The notes beneath the pieces are model-generated. The model was not told where the DNA came from. It saw nothing but the letters and a program-made list of their open reading frames with translations, and did no database searches. Positions 47,435-57,819 of a stretch of DNA of 64,000 nucleotides are shown here, piece after piece. Position 1 is the stretch's first letter; every line of letters begins with the position of its first letter. A program made the position numbers and the translations under genes. Origin of the DNA: Alphaproteobacteria bacterium (lineage in GTDB: Bacteria; Pseudomonadota; Alphaproteobacteria; CACIAM-22H2); NCBI GenBank assembly GCA_016124335.1, contig WGNX01000009.1, positions 184,034 through 248,033 on the forward strand, written 5' to 3'.

Positions 47435-49249
47435 TCAGTCCCGGTGCGCGAGCACGACGTCGAGGAACGCGCGCCCGTAGCGGCCCAATTTCGCCTCGCC
47501 GATCCCGTGGACCAGCCGCATGTCGTCAAGCGTCTTCGGCCCGATCGCCGCCATCTCGACGAGCGTACGGTCGGCGAACACGACATAGGCCGGCTGGCGG
47601 ATCTCCTTGGCGATGCGCGTGCGCAGCGCCTTCAGCGCGGCCAGCAGGCCCGCATCCTCGGGGGCGGTCGCAAGTACGGCCCGCGTGCCTTCCTTCTTCT
47701 TCTCACCCTTGCCCGCCCACAGCGCGTCCTTGCGCGCCTCGAACGGCTTCTCGCCACGCAAAACCGCAAGGCCTTCGTCGGTGATCGACCAGCTGCCGTG
47801 ACCGGCGATGTCGAGCGTCGTCAGCCCCGCGGCGTACATCTGGCGGAAGATCGAGCGCCATTCGCCCGGCTGCCGGTCCTTGCCTACGCCGAAAGTCGGC
47901 AGGCGGTCATGGCCGTGCCGCGTCATCGCCTCGCCCGTCTGTCCGGTCAAGATGGCGACCAGATGTTCGGTGCCGAAGCGTTCGCCCGTGCGCGCGATCG
48001 CCGACATGGCCTTGCGCGCTTCGGTCGTGGCATCGACGGTTTCGACACCTTCGGCGCACAGGTCGCAGTTTCCGCACGGGCCGGATGACTCGCCGAAATA
48101 GGCCAGCAATGTCTGGCGGCGACAGCGTGGTGCCTCGCACAGCGCCACCAGCGCATTGAAACGCTGGCGTTCAACGCGCTTGCGCTCGTCCGATGCGTCG
48201 CCGTCCTCGATCTGCTGGCGGCGCAGGCGGAAGTCGTCGAGACCGAACAGCGTCAGCGTTTCTGCCGGCAGCCCGTCGCGGCCCGCGCGCCCGATCTCCT
48301 GATAGTAGCTCTCGACGTTCGAGGGCAGGTCGGCGTGCACGACGAAGCGCACGTCGGGCTTGTCGATTCCCATGCCGAAGGCGACGGTCGCGCACATGAC
48401 CACGCCGTCCTCCTGAAGGAACGTATCGTGGTTTGCGCTGCGAACCGCGCCATCGAGCCCCGCATGATAGGCGAGCGCACGGATGCCCGCCTTCTGCAGC
48501 GCTTCGGCCAGCGCTTCGGTGCGCTTGCGCGAACTGCAATAGACAATGCCGCTCTGTCCCTTGCGCGCGGCAACGAAGCGTTCCACCTGCTTGCGCGCGT
48601 TGTCCTTGGGCCGCATGGCGAGGCGCAGGTTCGGCCGATCGAATGAGCGCATGAAAATGCGCGGACGCTCGGCGAAGAGCTTGCCCTCGATATCCTGGCG
48701 CGTGGGTGCATCGGCGGTCGCCGTCAACGCAATCGTCTGCACGTCGCCCAGTTCGCGCCGGATGCGCCCCAGCGCCAGATACTCCGGCCGGAAATCGTGG
48801 CCCCATTGCGATACGCAATGCGCCTCGTCGATGGCCAGCAGGGTCGTGTGGGCATCGGCCAGCAGTTCGAGCGTGTCCTCGCGCACCAAGCGTTCGGGCG
48901 CCATATAGAGCAGGCGTAGCCGGTCCGCGCGGATCGCGCGGCGAACGTCTGCGTTGGCCGCCGCATCGTTGGCGGAATTCAGGCTCGCCGCCTCGATGCC
49001 GTATTCGCGAAGCTGGCCCACCTGATCGCGCATCAGCGCGATCAACGGCGAAACCACAACGGTAAGCCCGCCGCGCAACACCGCCGGCAGCTGGTAGCAA
49101 AGGGATTTGCCCGAGCCCGTGGGCATCACCGCAAGCACGTTCTCGCCGGAAAGGACGGCGTCGACGATTTCGGCCTGGCCGGGCCGGAAGGAATCGAAAC
49201 CGAACGTCGCCTTCAGGCACGCGCGGGCCGAATCGATGTCTCGAGACAT
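47435..49249 (-). CDS. recQ: ATP-dependent DNA helicase RecQ
   Basis: MPTGSGKS, DEAHCVSQWGHDFRPEY, QEIGRAGRDG, CRR...CGNCDLC, HRDC domain; start 49249 or 49264. Confidence 0.97.
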   Translation of the reverse strand: MSRDIDSARACLKATFGFDSFRPGQAEIVDAVLSGENVLAVMPTGSGKSLCYQLPAVLRGGLTVVVSPLIALMRDQVGQLREYGIEAASLNSANDAAANADVRRAIRADRLRLLYMAPERLVREDTLELLADAHTTLLAIDEAHCVSQWGHDFRPEYLALGRIRRELGDVQTIALTATADAPTRQDIEGKLFAERPRIFMRSFDRPNLRLAMRPKDNARKQVERFVAARKGQSGIVYCSSRKRTEALAEALQKAGIRALAYHAGLDGAVRSANHDTFLQEDGVVMCATVAFGMGIDKPDVRFVVHADLPSNVESYYQEIGRAGRDGLPAETLTLFGLDDFRLRRQQIEDGDASDERKRVERQRFNALVALCEAPRCRRQTLLAYFGESSGPCGNCDLCAEGVETVDATTEARKAMSAIARTGERFGTEHLVAILTGQTGEAMTRHGHDRLPTFGVGKDRQPGEWRSIFRQMYAAGLTTLDIAGHGSWSITDEGLAVLRGEKPFEARKDALWAGKGEKKKEGTRAVLATAPEDAGLLAALKALRTRIAKEIRQPAYVVFADRTLVEMAAIGPKTLDDMRLVHGIGEAKLGRYGRAFLDVVLAHRD

Positions 49250-49294
49250 GTGCGCTTTTGCCATCGCATGCGCCCCATGCCAAGCTCCGCGCCG

Positions 49295-49801
49295 ATGATC
49301 GTATCCGGCCTATTCCATATCGCGATAAAGACCAACGATCTCGCGGCGACGGAACGCTTCTATGTCGATGTTCTGGGCCTGCGGAAGGTCGCGCGTCCGG
49401 AGTTCGGCTATCCCGGCGCATGGCTGGCGGCACCAGGTCCGGCGGGTGCGGCCATCATCCACATCTATGCCGGTGGCCCGGCACTTGGCGCCGACGGTCG
49501 TGCACCATCCGGCACAGCAGCCATCGACCATGTTTCAATTGCGGCGCACGGCTATCATGATTTTCGCGCGGTCTTCGAGCGGAACGGCCTGCCTTATCGC
49601 GAATTTCTCGTTCCCGGAACGACGCTCTGGCAACTCTTCGTCTACGACCCCTCGGGCGTGCAGCTCGAACTGACCTTCGAGGGTGAAAATGAAACCGGCC
49701 GACCGCCCGACATGCGGCCCGGCCGCAGCTATGTCGCCGGTAGCAGCTTCTTCGATCCCGCCTCCCACGCCACATTTGCAAAACAGGATCGCCTGCAATG
49801 A
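49295..49801 (+). CDS. VOC/glyoxalase family protein
   Basis: FHIAIKT, FYVDVLGL, IDHVS, DPSGVQLEL. Confidence 0.88.
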   Translation: MIVSGLFHIAIKTNDLAATERFYVDVLGLRKVARPEFGYPGAWLAAPGPAGAAIIHIYAGGPALGADGRAPSGTAAIDHVSIAAHGYHDFRAVFERNGLPYREFLVPGTTLWQLFVYDPSGVQLELTFEGENETGRPPDMRPGRSYVAGSSFFDPASHATFAKQDRLQ

Positions 49802-50502
49802 CTCTCGTCCTTGGTCCGTCCGTCGATCCCCATCCCGCTCCCCACCCCGTTCATGTCGCGATCGAGGGCCGCTTCTGCCGGCTGCGCGCGATCGAACCTG
49901 CGCGCGACACGGACGGACTTTATGCGCTTTCGCACGGGCCCGAAAAGGAAAGCCAGTGGGCCTATCTTTTCACCGGCCCGTACCCGGAAAAGACCGGGTT
50001 CGATGAACATGTCGCCAAGATCGCGACGGGCACGACCGATCCGGTTTATTGGGCGATCGCCGATCGCGACGACCGCGCGGTCGGCTGGCTGTCGCTGATG
50101 CGCATAGACCGCACGCATCGCGTGATCGAGGTGGGATCGATCCTGCACACGCCCGCCCTCCAACGCACGCCGGCCTCGACCGAGGCGCAGTACCTGATGG
50201 CGCGCCATGTGTTCGATACGCTGGGCTACCGGCGCTACGAGTGGAAATGCAACGATCTCAATGAACCCTCGAAGCGCGCGGCCCTGCGCCTCGGCTTTTC
50301 CTATGAAGGGCTTTTCCGTCAGCACATGATCGTCAAGGGCCGCAACCGCGACACGGCCTGGTTTTCAATGCTCGACCGAGAATGGCCTTCCCGCAAGGCC
50401 GCCTTCGAGAACTGGCTCGATCCCTCGAACTTCGATGCCGGCGGCCGCCAGAAGCGCCCGCTTGGCGCGTTGATGGCGGACGCCGCCAAGAACGGCGCCT
50501 GA
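49798..50502 (+). CDS. GNAT N-acetyltransferase (RimJ/RimL type)
   Basis: IEVG, LGYRRYEWKC, RLGFSYEG, KGRNRDTAWFS. Confidence 0.92.
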   Translation: MTLVLGPSVDPHPAPHPVHVAIEGRFCRLRAIEPARDTDGLYALSHGPEKESQWAYLFTGPYPEKTGFDEHVAKIATGTTDPVYWAIADRDDRAVGWLSLMRIDRTHRVIEVGSILHTPALQRTPASTEAQYLMARHVFDTLGYRRYEWKCNDLNEPSKRAALRLGFSYEGLFRQHMIVKGRNRDTAWFSMLDREWPSRKAAFENWLDPSNFDAGGRQKRPLGALMADAAKNGA

Positions 50503-50503
50503 T

Positions 50504-51250
50504 CTAGCCGCCCAGATACGTGCCGCCGTTGACATGGATGACCTGCCCGGTGACAAACCGGCCGGCCGGGCCCACAAGCCAGCGCACGGCACCTGCGATC
50601 TCGTCCGGCCGGCCGCGCCGACCGATGAGCGGCTTGTGCGTGGAATGGTGGCGCGGCTGCTGGTGACCGGCCGAAGCGCCACGCGCCGTATCCATCATGC
50701 CCGGCGAGACGTTGTTGACGGTGATGCCGAACTCCGCGAGATCGTGCGCCAGAGCGCGCGTCAGCCCGACCAGGCCCGATTTCGCCGTCACGACATGCGC
50801 ACGATCGGCCGCACCGGTATGTGCAGTCAGCCCGCCGATATTGACGATCGTGCCGGAACCGGAAGCCTTCAGCGCCGCAAGTGCAGCCTGCGAGCAGTTG
50901 AACGCGCCATCGAGGCAGATCGCGAGCACCTTGCGCCAGGTCTCGTAGTCGAGCTCCTCGAACGCCTTCTCGCCGCGGACGGCCGCGTTATTGACGAGGA
51001 TGTCGAGCCGCCCGAAGCGCCGCATTGTCGCATCGACCATCGCATCGACCGAAGGGCGATCAGTCACGTCGGCCATCGCGACGAGCGCGTCGGGCCCGAT
51101 TTCGGCCGCGACCGCCTCGGCTTCGGCACGGCTCGCACGCGCGTTGACGACGACGCTGGCGCCCGCTGCCGCAAGCTCGAGCGCGATCGCCCGCCCGATA
51201 TTGCGTCCCGCACCCGTCACGAGCGCCACGCGCCCCTTGAGTTCAGCCAT
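50504..51250 (-). CDS. Short-chain dehydrogenase/reductase
   Basis: TGAGRNIG, NNAA; catalytic YxxxK replaced by VVTAK. Confidence 0.9.
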   Translation of the reverse strand: MAELKGRVALVTGAGRNIGRAIALELAAAGASVVVNARASRAEAEAVAAEIGPDALVAMADVTDRPSVDAMVDATMRRFGRLDILVNNAAVRGEKAFEELDYETWRKVLAICLDGAFNCSQAALAALKASGSGTIVNIGGLTAHTGAADRAHVVTAKSGLVGLTRALAHDLAEFGITVNNVSPGMMDTARGASAGHQQPRHHSTHKPLIGRRGRPDEIAGAVRWLVGPAGRFVTGQVIHVNGGTYLGG

Positions 51251-51274
51251 TCGTACCCTCTCGATGAGATGCGT

Positions 51275-52996
51275 TCAACCCGAGCGCAGGCGCGTGCCTG
51301 CGCCCGCCCCGGATAGGAGATTTGCAATTCCGACGACCGCGAATGTGACAATCAGCATCGCCACGCCGATGACGGCGATCGCACCAAGATTTCCGCTCTC
51401 GTTGAGATCGAAGATAACGACCGACAGCACCTTCGTCGCCGACGACGAAAGCATCACGGCCGCCGACAGCTCGCGCACGACCCCGATGAAGATGAGGCAC
51501 CAGCCGGCGATCACGCCGCTTTTCAGCAGTGGTGCCGTGATGCGCCGGAGCGTGACGAGGCGGTCCGCACCGAGGATCCGGGAAGCTTCCTCAAGCTCGG
51601 GATGCAGGCCGCGGAAGGCCGCGCGCATCTGCTGGAACGCCGCGGGCATCTCGATCGTCAGGAAGGCGAGCAGAAGGATCCAGAGCGTGCCGTAGAGAAC
51701 GACCGGGCCACGCGTATAGGCAAGGAACAATCCCACACCCAGAACAATGCCTGGAATGGCGATGGGCGCGGTCGCGAGAAACTCGAGCACGCGCCCGTAG
51801 AACCCGCCCCGCCGGGCGGCCAGCGAGGCCACGAGCAACGCCAGGACGGTTCCCCCCGTTGCCGTGGCAATCGCAAGCACGAACGTGTTCGAAAAAGCGA
51901 GGCGCGTTTGCGAGAACTCGAAGAACACGAACGTGAAATTCTCCGAGGTCAAATTCGCAAGATCGAATGGTCCCGACGGCACGCGGCTGACCGCGGCTTT
52001 CAGAAGTGCGGCGTAAGGCAGGAACAGCGGCAAGGACAGTGTCGCCAATGTCAGCGCAAGAACCGGCCATCGCCATGCGCCAAGTGCGACCAGCCGCGGC
52101 TCGCCGTTCTTGCCGCCGACCACCGCATAGCCCCTGCGACCGAGCACCTTCGCCTGCAGCCACAGCAGCGTGATCGTCACGGCAAGAAGCGGAATTGCGG
52201 CGGCGGAAGCCACCTGCGGGCGCGGCGGGAACTGGAAGAGCGAATAGATCTTCGTCGTGACCGTGTGGAAACCCGCCGGGATCGCGAGGATCGCGGGCGA
52301 GCCGAACAGCGTCATCGCCTGCAGGAAGGCAACAAGCGTTCCCGCGAGCAAGGCCGGTAGCGCCAGTGGCAGGGTAACGCCAATGACGACCTTCCAGCGG
52401 CCTGCTCCGAGGATCCCGGCCGCATCTTCGAGATCGGCCGGAATCCGGTCGAGCGCGTTCGAAAGCACGACAAACACGTAAGGGGCCGTGTAGCAGCTGA
52501 TGACGAAGACGAGACCGGCAAAGCTGTAGACGTCGAAAAGCGCATCCTCCGCACCCGTCACGTCGCGCCAGACCTTGTTGAGAATGCCGCTGTTCGGTGC
52601 CGCAAGGATTTCCCATGCGATGGCGCCAAGAAAAGGCGGCGTGACGAAACTTGCCGTCATCAGCATCCGCACGATGCGGCGGCCGGGCATGTCGGTGCGG
52701 GCGACGATCCAGGCAAGCGGTGCCGCCGCGAGTGCCGCTGCAACCGCGACGCAGATCGAGATTCCGAAGGTCGTTACGAGCGGCTCGAACAGCGTCGGAT
52801 CGTCGATCAGCGCCACGAAGTTCGAGAGCGTCGGGTCGCCGGCGCGATCGCTGAACGCATAGGCAACGAGCCAACCGATCGGCAGGCACACGAGGCCCGC
52901 AAGAAACAGCCCGGACGCGGCGAGAACCGGACCCGATAGGTCCGGCCCCGCCGCGCGACCGGCCATTGGCACGGCGGCTGCCACGGAAGACGTCAC
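51275..52996 (-). CDS. FbpB-type ABC transporter permease (duplicated)
   Basis: Two EAA-like loops (LEDAAGILGA, LEEASRILGA); GTG start overlapping the binding-protein stop. Confidence 0.92.
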   Translation of the reverse strand: MTSSVAAAVPMAGRAAGPDLSGPVLAASGLFLAGLVCLPIGWLVAYAFSDRAGDPTLSNFVALIDDPTLFEPLVTTFGISICVAVAAALAAAPLAWIVARTDMPGRRIVRMLMTASFVTPPFLGAIAWEILAAPNSGILNKVWRDVTGAEDALFDVYSFAGLVFVISCYTAPYVFVVLSNALDRIPADLEDAAGILGAGRWKVVIGVTLPLALPALLAGTLVAFLQAMTLFGSPAILAIPAGFHTVTTKIYSLFQFPPRPQVASAAAIPLLAVTITLLWLQAKVLGRRGYAVVGGKNGEPRLVALGAWRWPVLALTLATLSLPLFLPYAALLKAAVSRVPSGPFDLANLTSENFTFVFFEFSQTRLAFSNTFVLAIATATGGTVLALLVASLAARRGGFYGRVLEFLATAPIAIPGIVLGVGLFLAYTRGPVVLYGTLWILLLAFLTIEMPAAFQQMRAAFRGLHPELEEASRILGADRLVTLRRITAPLLKSGVIAGWCLIFIGVVRELSAAVMLSSSATKVLSVVIFDLNESGNLGAIAVIGVAMLIVTFAVVGIANLLSGAGAGTRLRSG

Positions 52997-54030
52997 GTCT
53001 TGAAGTAACGCAGGTAGCGGCTCTTGAGCTCCTCGACCTGCTTGTCGACCGAGATGGGGTCTTCCTTCATCAGCTTGATGTCCTTGAGCGGCTTGCGGCC
53101 GGCCGGCTCCTTGACGCCGGGATGGAACGAGCGCAGGCCGCCGTCGTCGACGGCGATCTGCTGGGCTTCCAGCGAGAATGTCCAGGCATGGAAGAGCCGG
53201 GCCGCATTCGGGTTCTTCGCAAACTTCATGACGCCCGAGGGACCGACGACCAGCGGCGAGCCTTCCGTGGCGTAGACGACTTCGATCGGCGCGCCCTTCT
53301 GCTTTTCGAGGAACACGTTGTACTCGTTGCCGTCGACCATGACGGCGCGTTCGCCGGCGACGACCTTGCGCGGCGGCTCGGTCGACGACTGGACCTGCAT
53401 CACCTGCTGTCCCGCCAGCTTTTCGAAGAAGGCCCAGCCAAGGTCGCGCGATGTCTGGAATGTCGCCGTGAGGATCGTGCCGGAATAACCGGGATGCGCC
53501 TTCACGAGCTTGCCCTTCCATTTCGGGTCGAGCAGGTCCTTGAAGCTTTTCGGCGCATCGGCCGCCGATACGAGCTTGGTGTTATAGGCAATGACGCTGA
53601 GGCTCGCGCGCATCGGCGCATAAAATCCTTGCGGATCGTATGAGCCCTTCGGATAAAGCTTCATCACCTCTTCGGGCAAGGCGGCCGCAAGCCAGCCTTC
53701 GCGCTTCCAATAAATGAAGTGCGACGCGTCCGAGCTGTTGACCGTGTCGACGTTGTAGATCTTGCTCGAATATTCCTGCCCGATCTTCGAGAACTGGCGC
53801 TCGGCGCCGTTGCGTTCCACATGGACCTTGATGCCCGGGTAGCGCTTCTCGAACGCCTTCGCGAGATCCTCGGCCACCTTCACGTCGATCGACGTGTAGT
53901 AGACAACATTGCCTTCCTTCTTTGCGGCCGCCTCGAGTTCGGGCGTGATCGAATAGACCGGGCTCTGCGCGAGCGCGGCGCCGGCGTAGAATACGCCTGC
54001 CGCGAGTGTCGCTATCGCTCTGCCTTTCAT
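52993..54030 (-). CDS. ABC transporter substrate-binding protein (Fe3+/AfuA-like family)
   Basis: Signal peptide, AAKKEGNVVYYTS, YNT, DLLDPKWKG, PNAARLF. Confidence 0.92.
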   Translation of the reverse strand: MKGRAIATLAAGVFYAGAALAQSPVYSITPELEAAAKKEGNVVYYTSIDVKVAEDLAKAFEKRYPGIKVHVERNGAERQFSKIGQEYSSKIYNVDTVNSSDASHFIYWKREGWLAAALPEEVMKLYPKGSYDPQGFYAPMRASLSVIAYNTKLVSAADAPKSFKDLLDPKWKGKLVKAHPGYSGTILTATFQTSRDLGWAFFEKLAGQQVMQVQSSTEPPRKVVAGERAVMVDGNEYNVFLEKQKGAPIEVVYATEGSPLVVGPSGVMKFAKNPNAARLFHAWTFSLEAQQIAVDDGGLRSFHPGVKEPAGRKPLKDIKLMKEDPISVDKQVEELKSRYLRYFKT

Positions 54031-54065
54031 CGGTGTTCCTCCTCTAATGCGGTTTCTCTTTTTTC

Positions 54066-55118
54066 TTAAACCGTCACGGGCCGACATCGGTCGGGCGGCA
54101 AGGCCACCCAGACGCGTGCGTCGGCCGGAATCGCGAGATCGGGGGGTGCCGAGGCCCGCAATGGCGTTCCGTCGGCGAGCGCGAGCGACAAGTCGCGCGT
54201 CGAGCCGAGGAAGGTCTGACGTGTCACGCGCGCGGGCAAGGTGTCGGGTGCCTCGCGCGAGAGGACATTGATTTCGTGGAAGCGGATGGACAAGGCACCG
54301 CCGCGACCGGCGACGAAGGCCGGCTCGGCGCAACGCAGGACGCCAGCGCCGATATCGAGGCGCTGCGCATCGACCGCGCGCCCCTGCAGGATATTGGCGC
54401 CACCAAGGAAATTCGCCACGAAACCGGTGCGCGGATGCGAATAGATTTCCTCCGGCGCGCCGGCCTGCTCGATGCGACCCTGGTTCATCACGACGATCGT
54501 ATCGGCCGCCGTCATCGCCTCGGCCTGATCGTGCGTCACGTAGACGGTCGTGTACCTGAATTCGTCGTGCAGGCGGCGCACTTCAAAGCGCATCTCTTCG
54601 CGAAGTGCGGCATCAAGATTCGAAAGCGGCTCGTCGAGAAGCAGGATTTCGGGCTCGACGACGAGCGCTCGGGCGAGCGCCACGCGCTGCTGCTGGCCGC
54701 CGGAAAGCTCGCCCGGATATCGATCGGCAAGATGGTCGAGCCTGACGGCGCCGAGCATCTTCTTCACCCGCCCTTCGATTTCCGAATTCGCAAGTTTGCG
54801 CAGCGTCAACCCGTAGGCGACGTTGTCGAAGATCGTCATGTGCGGCCAGAGCGCATAGGACTGGAAGATCATCGACATGCCGCGCCGTTCCGGCGGCAGC
54901 GCCGAACCGGGTTGCGAGAGCACGCGGCCGCCGACGCTGACCTTCCCCGCACTCGGCTCCATGAATCCGGCGACCAGCCGAAGCGTCGTCGTCTTGCCGC
55001 AGCCCGACGGCCCGAGAAGGCAGACGAGCTTGCCCTTCTCGACCGACAGATCGATCCTGTCGAGGACGGTCTGGCTCCCGTACTGCTTTGTCAGGCCTTC
55101 GAGGACGAGGTGGCTCAC
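54066..55118 (-). CDS. ABC transporter ATP-binding protein (FbpC/PotA-like)
   Basis: GPSGCGKT, LSGGQQQR, LLDEPLSNLD, VTHDQ. Confidence 0.95.
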   Translation of the reverse strand: MSHLVLEGLTKQYGSQTVLDRIDLSVEKGKLVCLLGPSGCGKTTTLRLVAGFMEPSAGKVSVGGRVLSQPGSALPPERRGMSMIFQSYALWPHMTIFDNVAYGLTLRKLANSEIEGRVKKMLGAVRLDHLADRYPGELSGGQQQRVALARALVVEPEILLLDEPLSNLDAALREEMRFEVRRLHDEFRYTTVYVTHDQAEAMTAADTIVVMNQGRIEQAGAPEEIYSHPRTGFVANFLGGANILQGRAVDAQRLDIGAGVLRCAEPAFVAGRGGALSIRFHEINVLSREAPDTLPARVTRQTFLGSTRDLSLALADGTPLRASAPPDLAIPADARVWVALPPDRCRPVTV

Positions 55119-55804
55119 GCGACCTCCGATCCGGCGGCATCGACGCCGCAGGCACGACGACGCATGTCGCCTGCACCGACATGCGCCTTGAGCGCGGCAG
55201 CCGCCGCGTCCGGATCGCGCGCGGCAAGTGCATCGACGATCCGGCGGTGCTCGATATTCGAAACCGCCAGACCGCCGCCGCGCAGCAGGCCGTTGCGGCG
55301 AACGGTGTGAAGCTCGTTGGTCAGGCGCTGGTACATGTCGAGCAGTCGGCCGTTTCCGGCCATCTCGAACACGCGCCTGTGAAATTTGAGATTGAGCGGG
55401 AAATACCGGTGGAACTGGTCGGGGTCGAGATAGTGATCGAGTTCGTCGACATAGGCGCGCAGTTCGCTCACTTCAGCATCGGAGATCTTTGGTGCGAGGA
55501 TCGATCCGGCGAGCGCCTCGAGCTGTTCACGCACGACGTACATCTCGCGCGCTTCGATTTCGCTGACCACACGCACGAAGGCGCCGCGGTTTTTCTCGAT
55601 GCGCACGAGGCCCGCCGCCTCGAGTGCCCGCAGCGCTTCGCGCACCGACGAGCGGCCCACGCCCAACCGCGCTGCGATGGCGACTTCCTTGATCTGCTGG
55701 CCGGAGTCGAGCTCGCCCGCGAGAATCAGGCGCATGACCTCTGATTCGACCAGGCTCGATAGCGAGGTCGACCGCACGAGCGCGATGGCCGATGGCGTGT
55801 CCAT
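55115..55804 (-). CDS. GntR/FCD family regulator
   Basis: VGRSSVREAL, EKNRGAFVR, NLKFH, EHRRIV. Confidence 0.93.
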   Translation of the reverse strand: MDTPSAIALVRSTSLSSLVESEVMRLILAGELDSGQQIKEVAIAARLGVGRSSVREALRALEAAGLVRIEKNRGAFVRVVSEIEAREMYVVREQLEALAGSILAPKISDAEVSELRAYVDELDHYLDPDQFHRYFPLNLKFHRRVFEMAGNGRLLDMYQRLTNELHTVRRNGLLRGGGLAVSNIEHRRIVDALAARDPDAAAAALKAHVGAGDMRRRACGVDAAGSEVA

Positions 55805-55813
55805 CGCAGCCCC

Positions 55814-56599
55814 TCAGGTTCCCGTGAACTGCGGCTTGCGCTTTTCAAGGAAGGCCTTCCGGCCTTCCTTGTAGTCGCTGCTGGCGAAGCACGCGGCGAC
55901 CATCGCGTCGCACGCGGCGATATCCTGCTTGTCGGGATCCTTCAGGACTTCGACCGTGCTGCGCTTGATCGTCGCGATCGTCAGCGGCGCGTTGTCGGCG
56001 ATGGTGTTCGCGACCTCCATGACGGTCGACTCAAGTTCTCCGTCGGGTACGACCCGGTTGAGCATGTTCCAGCGCAGCGCTTCGGCGCTCGTGAGCTGGC
56101 GTGCGGTATAGAAGATCTCCTTCGTGGCGACGGGGCCGATCGTTTCTATATAGCGGCGCAGCCCCTTGTAACCGTAGCCGAGACCGAGCTTGGCCGCAGG
56201 CAGCGCGAATTTCGAGTTCTCGGTCGCGAAGCGCATGTCGCAGCAGATCGCCAGATTGAGCCCGCCGCCGATGCAGTAGCCGCGGATCATCGCGATCGTC
56301 GGCTTCGGCATCTGGTAGATGCGCAGATAGACCTTTTCCACGAGCGCGTTGTAGCGCTGCACGGCTTCTTCTGAGGCGCGCTCGCTCTCGAACTTCGAGA
56401 TGTCGGCACCCGATACGAACGCCTTTCCGCCCGCACCGGTCAGCACGATCACGCGCACGTCTTTGTCGGCGAGGAAATCGTCGAGGATCTTCTCGGCGGC
56501 TTCCCACATCTCGAACGACACGGCGTTGTGCTTCTCGGGATTGTTGAAAGTCATGATCCCGACCCGGCCGTCCTTGCGTGACAGCATCTTCTCGCTCAT
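55814..56599 (-). CDS. Enoyl-CoA hydratase/isomerase
   Basis: NNPEKHNA, FVSGADI, GYCIGGG, DYKEGRKAFLEKR. Confidence 0.92.
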   Translation of the reverse strand: MSEKMLSRKDGRVGIMTFNNPEKHNAVSFEMWEAAEKILDDFLADKDVRVIVLTGAGGKAFVSGADISKFESERASEEAVQRYNALVEKVYLRIYQMPKPTIAMIRGYCIGGGLNLAICCDMRFATENSKFALPAAKLGLGYGYKGLRRYIETIGPVATKEIFYTARQLTSAEALRWNMLNRVVPDGELESTVMEVANTIADNAPLTIATIKRSTVEVLKDPDKQDIAACDAMVAACFASSDYKEGRKAFLEKRKPQFTGT

Positions 56600-56613
56600 A
56601 CGCGTCGTCTCCT

Positions 56614-57810
56614 TCAGATCGTTCCGGCGGCCTTCAGGGCCGCGATTTCGTCTTTTGCCAGGCCGAATTCGGCCAGGATCTCTTCGTTCTGGGCGCCGCG
56701 CGCCGGCGGCGGCGTGTCGAGATGGCTTGGCGTGCGGCTCAGGCCGAATGGCTGTCCCATCAGCGTCAGGTCCGCACCATCGACCTTCTGCGCGATGCCC
56801 AGATGCTTCACTTGCGTATCCGCGAACATCTGGTCGATCGCATAGATCGGCCCGCACGGAACGCCAGCGGCGTTGAGCTTCTCGACCCAGTTCGCGGTGT
56901 CATCCTTTTCGAAATAGGCCTGAAGCTCGGCGTTGAGCTTGTCGCGGTTCTGCGAGCGCAGCGACATCTTCGCGTATTCCGGGCGCGCGATCAGTTCGTC
57001 GGCGCCCATGGCTTTCGCGCAACGCTCCCAGATCGCCTGCCCTGTCGTGGCGAGATTGAGATAGCCGTCGCGCGTCTTGAATACGCCGGTCGGGATGCTC
57101 GTGGGATGGTTGTTGCCCGCCTGCTTGGCGACTTCGCCCTTGACGAGAAAGCGCGCGGCCTGGAAATCGAGCATGAAGGCCTGCGCCTGCAAAAGCGACG
57201 TCTGCACCCATTGCCCTTCGCCCGAGACCTCCCGCTCGAGGAGCGCCGTGAGAATTCCCAACGCGCAGAACAGGCCTGCGGTCAGATCGGCGAGCGGAAT
57301 GCCCGCACGCACCGGCCCCTGCCCCGGCAACCCGGTCACCGACATGAGGCCGCCCATGCCCTGCGCGATCTGGTCGAAGCCGGGCCGCTTCGCGTAGGGG
57401 CCGTCCTGGCCGAAGCCGGAGATGCTTCCGTAGACGACGCGCGGATTGATCATCCTGAGATCGCCATAGGCAATGCCAAGACGGTCCTTCACGTCGGGCC
57501 GGAAATTCTCGACGACGACGTCGGCCTTCGCGACAAGACGCCTGAACAGGGCCACGCCTTCCGGCGATTTCAGATTCAGCGTCAGCGAGCGCTTGTTGCG
57601 GTGCAGGTTCATGAAGTCCGCGCCGTCGCGCGGCCCCCCCATCGGGTCGCCCTCCTCGAGATGTTCGGGCATCTCGATCTTGATGACGTTGGCTCCCCAG
57701 TCGGCGAGCTGGCGCACGCAGGTCGGGCCGGAACGGACCCGCGTCAGATCAAGGACGGTAAAGCGCTGAAGCGCAGACGAAGCGCGAGGGGCAGGCATCG
57801 GCGGCGTCAC
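56614..57810 (-). CDS. CaiB/BaiF family III CoA-transferase
   Basis: DLTRVRSGP, LHRNKRS, ENFRP, ADLTAG; start 57810 or 57798. Confidence 0.93.
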   Translation of the reverse strand: MTPPMPAPRASSALQRFTVLDLTRVRSGPTCVRQLADWGANVIKIEMPEHLEEGDPMGGPRDGADFMNLHRNKRSLTLNLKSPEGVALFRRLVAKADVVVENFRPDVKDRLGIAYGDLRMINPRVVYGSISGFGQDGPYAKRPGFDQIAQGMGGLMSVTGLPGQGPVRAGIPLADLTAGLFCALGILTALLEREVSGEGQWVQTSLLQAQAFMLDFQAARFLVKGEVAKQAGNNHPTSIPTGVFKTRDGYLNLATTGQAIWERCAKAMGADELIARPEYAKMSLRSQNRDKLNAELQAYFEKDDTANWVEKLNAAGVPCGPIYAIDQMFADTQVKHLGIAQKVDGADLTLMGQPFGLSRTPSHLDTPPPARGAQNEEILAEFGLAKDEIAALKAAGTI

Positions 57811-57819
57811 TCCCTGAAG

